Positions 21,106-32,705 of a stretch of 64,000 nt of DNA are shown piece by piece. The position numbers and the translations under genes were made by a program. Within the stretch, counting starts at the first letter, position 1. Every line of letters starts with the position of its first letter. The DNA comes from a virus. The DNA is taken from the IMG/VR virus record IMGVR_UViG_3300023184_000037, positions 32,001 through 96,000 of that record; one strand, written 5' to 3'. The notes under the pieces were generated by a model. That model did no database searches and was not told the origin of the DNA. It worked only from the letters and a program-made list of their open reading frames with translations.

Positions 21106-24100
21106 ATGGCTACAATTAATACTAGCGCTGTAAACAATTCAATAGATAATAAATCTTTTGCACTATTAAGAACAAACCCAAAGTTAACAAGTAATTCAAA
21201 GTTACTTGTTAACTCAAATGGTGACTTATTCTTAAGTTCTTTTAGAGCAAATAAAGAACTTTCTAAAGTTGAGTATCAAAAATATGAGATTAAATCTTCA
21301 GGGATTTATTCGATTGACATTGCTAATTTTTATAAAAAGTTACCATTAACTCAAAGATACGAAACACTTAGAGCTTCTTCGGATACTACTCTATATTCTG
21401 ATTATGAATTTCAATATGAGGATCAGTATCAATACGGCGCAATTCAAAACACTACTAAACTATATGACGAGCAGTACAAGATATTTGCTCCAATTTGGCT
21501 TGAAAAACAAGTACCTACTAAATTCGTAATTTATAGAATTGAGGATGCTGATTATAAGAATGACTATACGGAAGATACCGTCGGACAAAATTCTAGAATT
21601 TTAGAGCTTCTTAAAAATGCAACAATTATTAAAACATTTGACTTAGGAAAGTCTTCAAAAATTGGAGAGTACTTAAATACTCACATTAATGATAAACGAT
21701 TTCCAAATGCAATGCTTACCATAAATTTTAAGGAGAGCTCTCAATCTACGTTTAACGGTATTGATATTGTCAATGGTGGTTTTGCTACTAAAACCGAACA
21801 ATTAGACAGAGATTATATTCAAGTCGACTATCCTGAAATTTTTAACAATCAAACTATTACAAATGGTTTTGAAAGAAATGGAATAGTTTCGGCTAATATA
21901 ATTAATTTAGAATTCCTATTTGATGATTATACTGCAGAAAACTATAAAATCTACAGGTACTTTGGTATTTATGCAGATGATATTGATGAAGGAAACTTTG
22001 GAGCGTCTGGATTGGATAAATATGGAAACTTAACCGTTAAGTATGATACTTATAAAACATTTTATGATTTATCTCAATTTCCAATACTTGATATTGATAT
22101 GTTTCCTGGAAGTAATCAATTTCAAATTCCTACTCTACAGTATGTTAAAGATCGATCAGGTACCTTTTATAATATAAAAGATTCATCAACTATATTAATT
22201 CATCCTGAAAATGTCGGGCTTTCTATACCTGCAGTGTGGTCTTATAAACTCTTAATCTCAAAAAATGGTAAGGAAGAGGATTCTTTTATTGGATTTGCTA
22301 AAAATGGTAAAAAAATTACGGCAGATTTAAAGAAACCAAGTCCTAAAGGATTTCTTAAAGTTACGGTAAAAGATGTTCCAAGTCCTAATGATAGAATATT
22401 TATTGGAGATAGAACAGAACTTGAAATTTCACAATACAATCTAGGAGACTATTTAGTTATTGCGGATCCAACTCTTCCTGTTGCTAGAGCCAATGGAAAT
22501 AGGTTCTCAACGCAGGGAAGTCTTCAACAAATAGCAATTGCTCTTGCAGCTGCAATTAACAATGGAGAAATCATAACTTATAAAACAAAGGTTGTTGATA
22601 CTTCTATAATTATAGAAGAGATAGTTGCCGGAAATAAGAGAAGACAAACTGCTTTTGGAATTTATACGCTTAACTTGGTTGATTGGATAGAAGTTAACAA
22701 TGGCGAATATAATGATATTGGATTAAATGCATATATTCCTAATGATTGGAATATATGGACTACAATTGCCGGATCTTCAGAAGGTCAGGCTGTTCTTGTT
22801 AAATCTTCTGAAATTGGAAACGTCCAAGTTGGAGAATATTTAAGACAAAAAGATTCTAATACATTTGTTAGAATTATAGAGATTGACCAAGACCCGTTTG
22901 AAACTGATTACTACAGAGTTATTATAGATAAGTCTACAAAACTTTCAAATGACAGAGTATATGAAGTCTATGATGAATATAAAACAGTGCATGGCCGTTT
23001 TGCTGCATATGATTTTAAAGATTTTGATTTTGATTTTTACTCAACTAGAAACTCAGAGCTAGGAGATTTAATTTATGATAAAATAAGAAATCCTGCGTAT
23101 ACTGGTGAAATTGGTGCTCCCCCTCATGGATTGGACCCATTTAACCCACAGGAGCTTGGGTTAGGACCTACTGTTGGACCACCAGTACCTGAATTTATTG
23201 ATGTGTCGGGACTGTCTACATTCTATGCCGGTCTTAGAGATATTCTTTCGGCTGAAACTTCAAAAACCGTTACAAAAACTGAACTTTTAAACGAATACGA
23301 TCGACTTAAAGAAAATACTCTTAAGGAAACTGCTCTTTTAAGTAGAGTGATTCCTACTATTTGCAAGTATGAACTTAAGAACGCTTCAAATGCTAGAAAC
23401 CTACCATATATTTTAAATGCAAATGAAGCATTTGGTGATGACAATTTATCTCCAAATATAGAATTAGATTCAAATAGAAATGTCGAATACTTAAATATGG
23501 AGCATTTCCATCTTAATACAATTCCAAATTGTGCTTTAGGTAGTAGAAAAGATTTTAATAATTATCTAGATTTTGCGGCAGACGTCGATCCAATTGATGG
23601 AAAAAGAGGATTAACAGTTAACAAATTAATAGATACCAATTTTAACTACTTTGATAAACATTTTAATTGGACTGGATATTTTGACCAATTAGCATTTATT
23701 AATGGTGCTTATGGTGGATGGTTTAATAATAAAACTAAAAAACTTTGGTCTAAATTTGATGCAGGTAATTTTGAGAAGAGTTCATCAACAGTGTTTAGAG
23801 GACTTCGATATGTTTTCCAAAAGCGAAAAGAAAGAGACAGTGAGGTGCCAACTGAATTTTTAAAAGGAATAGACATTAGTGATTATAAGTTTGGAGCATA
23901 TCTTTCTTATAATATTGTTTATGATCTGGACAACGGTGTTATTCCTTCAAATTCAATAGTATTTAACTGTGTTAAAAATGACAAGTTTAAATTCATATGT
24001 GTTAACATAGAATTAAATGTTATTGAAAATGCAGTAGAACCAATTGATATGAATAGGTATTTGTTATATACATTGAAGGACTTATTAAAACCAAACGGAG

Positions 24101-25728
24101 ATATTATAAATACTAGAATTCCGTTTCGTATTGATTTTGCAGCTGCATCTACATTAACTACCGGACAAGACGAGCCTTTTATTATTAATGCGCATGATTT
24201 TGCAATAAATGATGGAACTGCTAAATTTACAGAGTTTATTAAAAGAGATTCTTATGGAGAATATTCGTGGATCTTTTTTGATTTATTAGGAGATACCTGG
24301 GCATTTAAAGTGGTTGATGTTATTGATGACACTTCAATTTTAGTAAGTGGATGGGCATGGCAATTTGACTTAAATCCAGCACCTATTCCACCAGCAGCTT
24401 TTGCTCCACCTGCGCCATTGCCAAGTGGAAATAGATTAGACCCAGTACAACTTTCTTTAGTTATAAATACAGGTCCTTTTTATTATTCACAAGGAGGAGC
24501 CAATGAATTTGCAAATTTATTAGATTCAATCAGCGCTTATAAATATTCTAAAAGATTTAATTCTTTTGGGCAGGTAAACTACATTACAATTAATGAAGAT
24601 GGAACAAGGGTTGATAATGATTTTGTTCTTTCCGTGGAATCTGGTGTTGATGTTGTTAAACCTTCAGTTATTGAACCAAAGTCAGATCCTGATCGACCTA
24701 AAGCGTATAGATTATCTTCAAATCAAATTGGAAATATAATTCAAGATAGAGAAGATGGAGGATATGCGACAATTTTGAGACGAATGAATGGAGATTATAA
24801 CCCTATTTTTAATGATATTGTAACATTTTTTGATACTGATTCAGAGAAAAAAATAGTTCAACCGTCAGATACTGCATTAGTGACATATAATAAATTAAAT
24901 GGTCAGGGAATTGCTTTTGATTCTTTTAAAAATAATAGAACTGATTATGGTTTTATAAAAAACTATTTTTATCATAAAGTTAATGAGCAAGACTCTAAGA
25001 ATATATTAAAACTTTCTCAAACTTCTGATAAATTACCGTTATACCCATTGATCGGAGAGATTGCAATTGATAAAAAAGACATCAATGTTTTTAAATCTAA
25101 GTATTCGAATGATTATTTTACAAGAGCCCTAAGTGCTGGAGAATCTGAAACAACTAATGGAACCTTAAGTCCAGTAGAAAAGAAAACTTTCTTGAACTCA
25201 ACAATCATGAAGGTCAGAGATACGTATGACATAACTAAGTTTGATAGTACCCAGGAGGCTTCAATTGAAGCACTAGATAAAATAAGATTTGCACAGTCTA
25301 ATAAAACGGCTATACATTGGATTGATGAAGATTCTCAAGTTATTGCAGATTTTTATTTACCAACCGCAATCCTAAATGAATTGACTGAAGATGGAATTGA
25401 GCAAGAGTTTGGAAGATATGTTAACCCTTCTACTTCTTATGGGGACAAATCATCGATAAAAGATGACCTTCAAGTATATTCAAATGCAAATATATCTCCT
25501 CGTTTTATTATTGATGCGATTAAGTTATATGGAATTGAAGGTAAAAGTTTAGAAACTGGATTTGTCTCAGTTACTGAAACATCCCAGTTGACCGCTGGTA
25601 ATTACAGAGAGTTAACTAATTTTAACATTCAAAGTTATCAAAATGATGGTTTGAGTTTTAGACTAATATATAATAAACAGGGTAAATACTCATACAACTT
25701 TAAAGTACACGTTAAAATACAAGCATAA
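21106..25728 (+). CDS. Large virion structural protein
   Basis: 1540 aa with its own late-type motif GATATATA (21073-21080), upstream of fibre genes. Confidence 0.5.
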   Translation: MATINTSAVNNSIDNKSFALLRTNPKLTSNSKLLVNSNGDLFLSSFRANKELSKVEYQKYEIKSSGIYSIDIANFYKKLPLTQRYETLRASSDTTLYSDYEFQYEDQYQYGAIQNTTKLYDEQYKIFAPIWLEKQVPTKFVIYRIEDADYKNDYTEDTVGQNSRILELLKNATIIKTFDLGKSSKIGEYLNTHINDKRFPNAMLTINFKESSQSTFNGIDIVNGGFATKTEQLDRDYIQVDYPEIFNNQTITNGFERNGIVSANIINLEFLFDDYTAENYKIYRYFGIYADDIDEGNFGASGLDKYGNLTVKYDTYKTFYDLSQFPILDIDMFPGSNQFQIPTLQYVKDRSGTFYNIKDSSTILIHPENVGLSIPAVWSYKLLISKNGKEEDSFIGFAKNGKKITADLKKPSPKGFLKVTVKDVPSPNDRIFIGDRTELEISQYNLGDYLVIADPTLPVARANGNRFSTQGSLQQIAIALAAAINNGEIITYKTKVVDTSIIIEEIVAGNKRRQTAFGIYTLNLVDWIEVNNGEYNDIGLNAYIPNDWNIWTTIAGSSEGQAVLVKSSEIGNVQVGEYLRQKDSNTFVRIIEIDQDPFETDYYRVIIDKSTKLSNDRVYEVYDEYKTVHGRFAAYDFKDFDFDFYSTRNSELGDLIYDKIRNPAYTGEIGAPPHGLDPFNPQELGLGPTVGPPVPEFIDVSGLSTFYAGLRDILSAETSKTVTKTELLNEYDRLKENTLKETALLSRVIPTICKYELKNASNARNLPYILNANEAFGDDNLSPNIELDSNRNVEYLNMEHFHLNTIPNCALGSRKDFNNYLDFAADVDPIDGKRGLTVNKLIDTNFNYFDKHFNWTGYFDQLAFINGAYGGWFNNKTKKLWSKFDAGNFEKSSSTVFRGLRYVFQKRKERDSEVPTEFLKGIDISDYKFGAYLSYNIVYDLDNGVIPSNSIVFNCVKNDKFKFICVNIELNVIENAVEPIDMNRYLLYTLKDLLKPNGDIINTRIPFRIDFAAASTLTTGQDEPFIINAHDFAINDGTAKFTEFIKRDSYGEYSWIFFDLLGDTWAFKVVDVIDDTSILVSGWAWQFDLNPAPIPPAAFAPPAPLPSGNRLDPVQLSLVINTGPFYYSQGGANEFANLLDSISAYKYSKRFNSFGQVNYITINEDGTRVDNDFVLSVESGVDVVKPSVIEPKSDPDRPKAYRLSSNQIGNIIQDREDGGYATILRRMNGDYNPIFNDIVTFFDTDSEKKIVQPSDTALVTYNKLNGQGIAFDSFKNNRTDYGFIKNYFYHKVNEQDSKNILKLSQTSDKLPLYPLIGEIAIDKKDINVFKSKYSNDYFTRALSAGESETTNGTLSPVEKKTFLNSTIMKVRDTYDITKFDSTQEASIEALDKIRFAQSNKTAIHWIDEDSQVIADFYLPTAILNELTEDGIEQEFGRYVNPSTSYGDKSSIKDDLQVYSNANISPRFIIDAIKLYGIEGKSLETGFVSVTETSQLTAGNYRELTNFNIQSYQNDGLSFRLIYNKQGKYSYNFKVHVKIQA

Positions 25729-25731
25729 TTA

Positions 25732-28101
25732 ATGGCTATTAATATAAAAGAACTTTTTGTAACCGACCTGAATCCAAACAGTAGCTTCTGGTGGTCTAGA
25801 GACAAGGTCGATAAGATTAATTATAATTTCGACCAGCTTTCAAATGGAGGAACACCAGGACCTCAGGGTACTATTGGGGTAGATGGTGGGTTTGGTCCTG
25901 TCGGTACTCAAGGTTATCAAGGATTTAAAGGTCCTCAAGGTTTTCAAGGGTTTCAAGGAGCAGAGAGTTTAAATGACTGGGTTCTTTTCCCTGAAGCGGA
26001 TGGTTTACCAGGATATTTATACCCTAGAAAAAACCCCGTAACTCTTAGTCAGGTCGTACCGGTTGCGTTAAGAATCGGGTACATAAACAATCCTTCATTA
26101 GACAGTGAATATGGAATTGGAGCTAGTGCTTTAGATTCTCCTTCTCAAGTTGTAAAAGTTCATGTTAATGGGTGGTCTAACTTAAGAGTTGAGGAAAACA
26201 ATAATGTAAATGGTTATAATTTTAGTTTTAGAAAATCTTTAGTGGGCAATAAACCGGTATTTACAATTTTTCCGGGTATTACTGATTCTAGATTTAAAAT
26301 TATTTGGACAGCTAAAACTACAGTTTTTAAGACAGGTATTACCTCATTTGTAGATGCTATTAAAATTACAGATTCTCAAATTACTATTAATACAGGAGGT
26401 TCTACCGGGCCTGAATTCACCCTAAGTAATAACTCTGGAAATATTACAAAATCTGAAAATCAATTTAGATTTACACCAAATGCTGCTATCGATAAAGTTC
26501 TTGTATCGACTGATGGATTTGGAAACGTTGAATGGAAAGATGTTAAAGAAGTTTTTGGTACATTTCCAATTGGTTCAATAATTTCGATTAGACCTTCTGA
26601 TTTTGTTACAGCTAATTTTTGGTTAGATGACTCAATTTCTGCAACTTTAGGTTCTCCATTAAATAATATTTATGGTCGAGGAAAGCTTGGAACTGATTAT
26701 GAAGGATGGTACCTTTGTAATGGAGAGACATGGGAAACGGAGCAAGGGTTTAACCAAACGCTAACCCCAAACCTAAACAATTTTACATATACAATAGATG
26801 CAAATGGGGATGCTCAATATGCAGTTACTTCGTTAGGAGCTGATGCAACACCAATAATTCTTGGAGGATATGACATGAGAATCACTGCGATTCCTAATTC
26901 TGCCGGAGTATATGATGTAGGTTATACAACATCATTCTCCAATAATGACACTTCTCCCGGAAATAATACTATTAATATGGGTATTTCAGGTTCACATTAT
27001 ACAAGTCGAATGATTCATATAGTCTATTTAGGATTAACAAACCTAAAATGGACAAATTCTGGAAGCAATATAATAGTTCCGCCACCTACTACTAATACAA
27101 TAACGTTAACGGCACCTTTACCTTCAAGCACTCTATGTAGTTCTCCGGTAACAACTAATTATAGTTGGACTGGAAATAATGATTGGAACACTTTTGCAAT
27201 TCCTTCAACTTATAAATTATTTAATTTTGGAACAACTACTTATGCGCCTTCTGGATGGTATATTAATGCAGATGGTTATCCAATTAATTGGAATAGTGTG
27301 TCTGGTTCATTTATAAGTAGAGGAATTACTTGTCCACCACAGCCAACGTATACTCCAAATCTTAGATATAGTCTATTAGTAGATGACTTAAATGGACCAT
27401 TGCCTAGTACGGGCGGTGGAGATATTTATCTTGATATGAGCAACCCTACGGGTCTTGTAACATCCCTAGATCAGGCAACAAGTTTATCCTGGTCTGATGA
27501 CCAAACCACATATCCGACAGGTACTCTAGCAGATGCGGGTTGGTATCGAGATATTAATACAGGAGTTAGAAGATACTGGAATGGAATCGGTCAATTTGAA
27601 GGAGCATCATTTACTCAAGATTGGGTTAACAGAGTTTATTTTAATTTTGGAGGTAACGGAGGTGTTATCGACGATCCAGGTTATAACAATGCAAGTTCTA
27701 CAGGTGGTTCACTTGGAACACCAGTATGCAGTGTACCACAGACAAAGCATGTAACCTATGTCGCAGGAGATGCAATTTTAGTTACCCCGGTAGTTGGGCA
27801 ATCACAAAATATTAGAGATTACCAAAATAATCTTGGGGTTTATGTAACCGGTTCGTATCCTGGAACGGCTTTTGGAACTGCTCTATATGTTCCACTTGCA
27901 TGGGAAGTACCTTTGTATGATTTTCTTAATCAAGATATTGCAAACACTCCGCCTCTAATAAATGTGGCAGATCAGTATAAACCTGGTTCAACTACCCTAA
28001 AATATAGTAAAGTATATCTAGATAATGATTATTGGGCTAGTATAACACAAACTGCTGGTTTAACGCATGGTAAAATAGGTACTACTCTAGGAAGTTGCTA
28101 G
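25732..28101 (+). CDS. Tail fibre protein 1 (collagen repeat + collar domain + variable C-terminus)
   Basis: KINYNFDQL, (G-X-Y)n GPQG/GFQG, FPIGSII and GWYLCNG collar motifs. Confidence 0.75.
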   Translation: MAINIKELFVTDLNPNSSFWWSRDKVDKINYNFDQLSNGGTPGPQGTIGVDGGFGPVGTQGYQGFKGPQGFQGFQGAESLNDWVLFPEADGLPGYLYPRKNPVTLSQVVPVALRIGYINNPSLDSEYGIGASALDSPSQVVKVHVNGWSNLRVEENNNVNGYNFSFRKSLVGNKPVFTIFPGITDSRFKIIWTAKTTVFKTGITSFVDAIKITDSQITINTGGSTGPEFTLSNNSGNITKSENQFRFTPNAAIDKVLVSTDGFGNVEWKDVKEVFGTFPIGSIISIRPSDFVTANFWLDDSISATLGSPLNNIYGRGKLGTDYEGWYLCNGETWETEQGFNQTLTPNLNNFTYTIDANGDAQYAVTSLGADATPIILGGYDMRITAIPNSAGVYDVGYTTSFSNNDTSPGNNTINMGISGSHYTSRMIHIVYLGLTNLKWTNSGSNIIVPPPTTNTITLTAPLPSSTLCSSPVTTNYSWTGNNDWNTFAIPSTYKLFNFGTTTYAPSGWYINADGYPINWNSVSGSFISRGITCPPQPTYTPNLRYSLLVDDLNGPLPSTGGGDIYLDMSNPTGLVTSLDQATSLSWSDDQTTYPTGTLADAGWYRDINTGVRRYWNGIGQFEGASFTQDWVNRVYFNFGGNGGVIDDPGYNNASSTGGSLGTPVCSVPQTKHVTYVAGDAILVTPVVGQSQNIRDYQNNLGVYVTGSYPGTAFGTALYVPLAWEVPLYDFLNQDIANTPPLINVADQYKPGSTTLKYSKVYLDNDYWASITQTAGLTHGKIGTTLGSC

Positions 28102-28128
28102 TCAGAATTAAAATAATATATAGTCTAT

Positions 28129-29529
28129 ATGACAATTAACCTAAAACAGATAAGAGTATTTGATACTGATAATATCAAACTTGACAAAATTAATTATAAT
28201 TTTGATCAGTTAGTTGTCAATGGTGGAGGTCCTAAAGGTTACAATGGACCTGATGGAAATACAGGACCTCAAGGATTTCAAGGAGTTCAGGGATATCAAG
28301 GACCTCGAGGAGTTCAAGGTGTTCAAGGACCAAGTGCATCTTCGGCTACTACATATTGGGATGCTGTTCCCCAAGATTTAAGCTCAACAGGATTTGCAGC
28401 TACCCTGTTTTCAAAACATCCGGATGCTGCTGATATATTAGCATCATATGCAACTGCAATACCAATCATCCCCGCGGTTGTTGGGTCTGGTTATGTGCTT
28501 GGAGATAATGGGTATCAAGGTCAACAATCAAATACAAGTGGTTTACCAAAATATCAATGGGTTGTTAATCGAAGACGAGATAAAGTTGATAGTAATATAA
28601 GGTTCACTAGCATTGATGTTATAGGTAATGCATTTGATATTACGATGGATAATTATAATCCAGTATCTGCATCTACAACATACAGACTAAACCTAGGTTT
28701 TATTGAAAATAATTTAAAAAATACCCAATTAAACCTAATTTCTAAAGAACATGTAATTACAAGCGCAACTACTGGTCTACCTCTACTAGGAGTATCGACA
28801 TCTGGAGGAGAAATTAATGTAGATTCACTTTTTAAAAGTAAGGTAACTTTTAATCAAAAACTGAAAATATCTGATAATTCACCTGCACTAAATAAAATAG
28901 TAACTGCCGTTGATAATACGGGACTTGTAACCTATAAAACAACGGATGATCTGGGCGGTAGTGTTAAAATTGGTACTACAATTTCTATATTGCCTTCAAT
29001 ATTTAGCAATCCTGCAAATTTTATCGATTATCAATCAATAGACACTTCGACTAATCCTAATGTACCGATACAAATAAAAATAGGAGCAGGTATTGGAGAT
29101 TATGCAGGTTGGTATGTATGTAATGGGCAAGAATGGAAAGACGGTGGTGCGGTTGCATTTACAGTTCCAGACCTTAATTCATATTCTTTTCAAATAGTAA
29201 GAAATACAATTTCAACAGATCCAAATAAACAAGGTAATGTTAATGTGATTAATGATGAAGTTCAAATACTAGGAGGAGCAGGTATTAACGTAAATGCTAA
29301 TCAAGTTGGAACAGTTACTGCGCAATATGATGTCGGTACTCAAGGGTATTCGGTAGATACGGATCTTGTATCAAATCCTGGTGGAAATGTGTTTAAAATT
29401 AAAAAACTACCTCAAATAATTTATTTAGGGGCTAATAATCTGTACTGGTCGCAACCAGGAACTGGTCAATTAATAGCGGGTGATTTTAATGCATCTGACT
29501 TTAACATTGCAGATTTTAACGCATCTTAA
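28129..29529 (+). CDS. Tail fibre protein 2 (collagen + collar, short)
   Basis: KINYNFDQL, G-X-Y repeats, GWYVCNG...TVPDL; ends GDFNASDFNIADFNAS. Confidence 0.75.
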   Translation: MTINLKQIRVFDTDNIKLDKINYNFDQLVVNGGGPKGYNGPDGNTGPQGFQGVQGYQGPRGVQGVQGPSASSATTYWDAVPQDLSSTGFAATLFSKHPDAADILASYATAIPIIPAVVGSGYVLGDNGYQGQQSNTSGLPKYQWVVNRRRDKVDSNIRFTSIDVIGNAFDITMDNYNPVSASTTYRLNLGFIENNLKNTQLNLISKEHVITSATTGLPLLGVSTSGGEINVDSLFKSKVTFNQKLKISDNSPALNKIVTAVDNTGLVTYKTTDDLGGSVKIGTTISILPSIFSNPANFIDYQSIDTSTNPNVPIQIKIGAGIGDYAGWYVCNGQEWKDGGAVAFTVPDLNSYSFQIVRNTISTDPNKQGNVNVINDEVQILGGAGINVNANQVGTVTAQYDVGTQGYSVDTDLVSNPGGNVFKIKKLPQIIYLGANNLYWSQPGTGQLIAGDFNASDFNIADFNAS

Positions 29530-29554
29530 TAATTAAAAATAAAAATATAAAAAC

Positions 29555-30217
29555 ATGGCAACATACACTTCAGTAAATAACCTAATTCAAACTTTATTGG
29601 GAACTGGAACTGATATTACAGCGGTTGAATTACAAACGGTTCAACAAGAGCTATTAAATTATACAAGGGACCAATGGTTAACCGGAGATATAAAAGAAAT
29701 CGATTGTAATGACGCATATATTGCAGCTAATTTTGAAACATCAGGACCTACAAAAGGACGTGGAATAGTAGGAGGAGAAAGAGAGGGATGGGCAATATGT
29801 AATGGTTTAAATGGAACAAAAAACCGAACAGGTTTAGTTTCTGTAGCTTATGGTACTATAGCTCCTACAATAGGCTCAAACGCATATCCAAGTATGGAAA
29901 GTTCTTTATCACCCGGATCACCTAATTATGGAGGTAATAAAAACGCAGTGTTAATTGCACATAAGCATGATTCTGTTGTATTTGGACCAGGTGCTAGCAA
30001 TAAAACATTATGTAATACTTCTGGAACTGGAACAACTCAACCAGCCGGAACGTATCACATGAACACAACTACTCAAAACAATACAGCTCCAGCAAACCAA
30101 ACATCTACAAAAGGAATAACATCAGTTGGTAATATATTTAATGACGATCCAAACCAGACTGGTCTTAATGCAAATATGCAACCCTACATAGTTACTCTGT
30201 TTATCCAAAAATTATAA
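29555..30217 (+). CDS. Tail collar-domain protein
   Basis: GWAICNGLNGT, HKH, NMQPYIVTLFIQKL: typical collar/short fibre motifs. Confidence 0.75.
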   Translation: MATYTSVNNLIQTLLGTGTDITAVELQTVQQELLNYTRDQWLTGDIKEIDCNDAYIAANFETSGPTKGRGIVGGEREGWAICNGLNGTKNRTGLVSVAYGTIAPTIGSNAYPSMESSLSPGSPNYGGNKNAVLIAHKHDSVVFGPGASNKTLCNTSGTGTTQPAGTYHMNTTTQNNTAPANQTSTKGITSVGNIFNDDPNQTGLNANMQPYIVTLFIQKL

Positions 30218-30266
30218 TAGGTATACTCTCTAAAAATTAGAATATATAATCTAAATATAGATAGGT

Positions 30267-32705
30267 ATGCCAATTACTCTTAAACATATAAACCACACGG
30301 ATTCTGCTTCAATTAAACTGGCTAAAGTTAATTATAACTTTGACCAGTTGGTTGCAAATGGAGGTGGACCTATGGGACCTCAAGGTGCCCTTGGACAGAC
30401 AGGACCTCAAGGTACTACTGGACAGATGGGATTCCAAGGACCTATTGGAGATGAAGGATTTCAAGGACCTGATGGTCCTGCTACTGGTAACTTTTGGAAT
30501 AAATTGCCGGCTTCTACAATTGATGTTGAAACACTGAATCCAATCTCTAATGCGGTAGACCAGTTTGCACCCGTTGTAAATATTGGTTATATTGACCAAG
30601 ACCCTGAATATGGAGCAACCGCAAAATTACCACTAGTAGGAGGAAAAACACCCTTTCAATGGAGAATTAATAGAAGATCGAATGCATCTAACAATTTAAC
30701 ATTTTTAAATTCAGAATCGGCAATTTCCGGAAATGCATATAATTTTAGACTAGAAAGCATAGGAAATGCTGCGCACATGTCGATGGGATTTCTTCAATAC
30801 ACAGATTCATATAGTGAATATACTGCAGGTACTACAAGTTTTAGAGGTTCTATTACATCAACTGAAAGTTTTACGATCAACGATACTGTAGCTACATTTT
30901 ATAAAGATACTGTATTTGATTCTCCAGCGGTTATCAAAGAAAATTTAATTATTCAAGATTCAACTGCGGGTACTGATAAAATTGCAATCTCTAGCAATAA
31001 TAATGGATTGGTAAAGTTTAAAAGCGTACAAGAACTTGGAGGTACAGTTCCATTTGGTACTATTGTTTCAATATTACCTTCAATATTTGCAGATAACACT
31101 AAGTTTATTAATACTGAAACAATAAATCAAGGAGATACAAGTCCAATTAATATAACAGCAGGTAAAGGAGTAGGAAATTATGAAGGATGGTATCTTTGTA
31201 ATGGACAACAATGGACGGACGGTGTAATGACCGGACCTGCTCTTGTAAATTACAATGTTCCAATGCTTGGAAATTTTAACTATAATATACAAGATAATAA
31301 TCTATCGACAAATCCATTTAGTCAGGGATCCGCAGTTTCTTCAAATTTTAGAACCCATATTACGGGAGGTTCAGATATAGGAATGGATGTTAATTTAGTG
31401 TCTGGTTTATCTTATACGGTTACTTCAACTGTTAGTACTTCAACTGTTCAAGTAGGTCCTAGTACTACTGGAACAACATATAAACTTAAACAACTGCCTC
31501 AAATAATTTATTTAGGTAGAAACGATTTATATTGGCAACAGCCTGGAACAAATCAAAATCCACCTGTACCATTAACAATATTATTAGACGACGCAAATAA
31601 TGGAGCTAATAAATTAAATCCAGATCCGTATCCGGTTGCTACTATAACTAACCGACCTGCAGGAGCTTCTTATTCTTTTGGAACATCGGTCACTGCTCCT
31701 GCTGGTTATTATTGGTCTACTGCGCCAAGTATTGGATCGATTACTGGATTACCGGGATATATGACAATCACAGGAATAACCTTGGGTTCTGGAACATATC
31801 CAAATATTATAATGATTATGTTTAGTATAAGTTCACATCCATCGTCTATAGCAAATGTAACTTTAGGTATTAATACAAGTACACTAACTACTTTGGCTAC
31901 GGTGCCAATAACACTTATAAGACATGATAATAGTTATGGTACCAGCCCTACTCAATATTATACATGTTCAACTCCAAGCACAACTGTTGTAAATTATAAT
32001 TTTAACACTGGTTATTATGATTATCAATTAGTCTATACTGCACAACCCGGGTGGAAATTTACCCCTACTCAATTTTCAGGATTATTTGCAGGTACAACTT
32101 ATGATGGTGGTTTTGCATGGTCTCCTCCTGCAGGATCAGGATGGATAATTGTTAAGGGTCCATGGACTGATTATAGTTTATCAAATAATGACACTACATT
32201 GACTGTTAATCTTAGACTGGATCAGGTTCCACTAACAGGGTATTTAACAACTATTGGATATGAGATACAAATAACTGTAACTCCTACTGCCCCTAGAATA
32301 AGTCAACGATCTCAGCCTTTTAATGAAATTACACAGGCAAATGGAACACAAGTGGTTACTAACAATCTTACAATTGAAAATGGAACGGGAGCAACTGTTT
32401 ATTTATGGCTTGGAGTATATCAAGGTTCGGGAACTATTAATTCAGCAGTATATACAGATGTTAGTTTTAGTTATGTAGATTGGTTAGGATTTACTCAAAC
32501 TCAAACATTATCTATTTGGCCAGCAAATGGTACACCAGTAAATACTCAGTATTATAGTACTAGTTCATATCCATTAACAGGAGGTTCAGTTACTTCTGTT
32601 TTTAAAAGATACGGGACTACTGATAGTTCACATTCTGTAAAACTATTTTGGTCTACTTCCCCTTCTTCAACATCACCAAAAACACAACTTATATATACAC
32701 CATGA
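30267..32705 (+). CDS. Tail fibre protein 3 (collagen + collar + S/T-rich C-terminus)
   Basis: KVNYNFDQL, G-X-Y repeats, VPFGTIV, GWYLCNG, LPQIIYLG shared with fibre 2. Confidence 0.75.
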   Translation: MPITLKHINHTDSASIKLAKVNYNFDQLVANGGGPMGPQGALGQTGPQGTTGQMGFQGPIGDEGFQGPDGPATGNFWNKLPASTIDVETLNPISNAVDQFAPVVNIGYIDQDPEYGATAKLPLVGGKTPFQWRINRRSNASNNLTFLNSESAISGNAYNFRLESIGNAAHMSMGFLQYTDSYSEYTAGTTSFRGSITSTESFTINDTVATFYKDTVFDSPAVIKENLIIQDSTAGTDKIAISSNNNGLVKFKSVQELGGTVPFGTIVSILPSIFADNTKFINTETINQGDTSPINITAGKGVGNYEGWYLCNGQQWTDGVMTGPALVNYNVPMLGNFNYNIQDNNLSTNPFSQGSAVSSNFRTHITGGSDIGMDVNLVSGLSYTVTSTVSTSTVQVGPSTTGTTYKLKQLPQIIYLGRNDLYWQQPGTNQNPPVPLTILLDDANNGANKLNPDPYPVATITNRPAGASYSFGTSVTAPAGYYWSTAPSIGSITGLPGYMTITGITLGSGTYPNIIMIMFSISSHPSSIANVTLGINTSTLTTLATVPITLIRHDNSYGTSPTQYYTCSTPSTTVVNYNFNTGYYDYQLVYTAQPGWKFTPTQFSGLFAGTTYDGGFAWSPPAGSGWIIVKGPWTDYSLSNNDTTLTVNLRLDQVPLTGYLTTIGYEIQITVTPTAPRISQRSQPFNEITQANGTQVVTNNLTIENGTGATVYLWLGVYQGSGTINSAVYTDVSFSYVDWLGFTQTQTLSIWPANGTPVNTQYYSTSSYPLTGGSVTSVFKRYGTTDSSHSVKLFWSTSPSSTSPKTQLIYTP

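Noticed and set aside
25732-32705. Diversity-generating retroelement or invertible fibre cassette
   Set aside because: No reverse transcriptase, invertase, TR/VR pair or flanking inverted repeats seen in the window.
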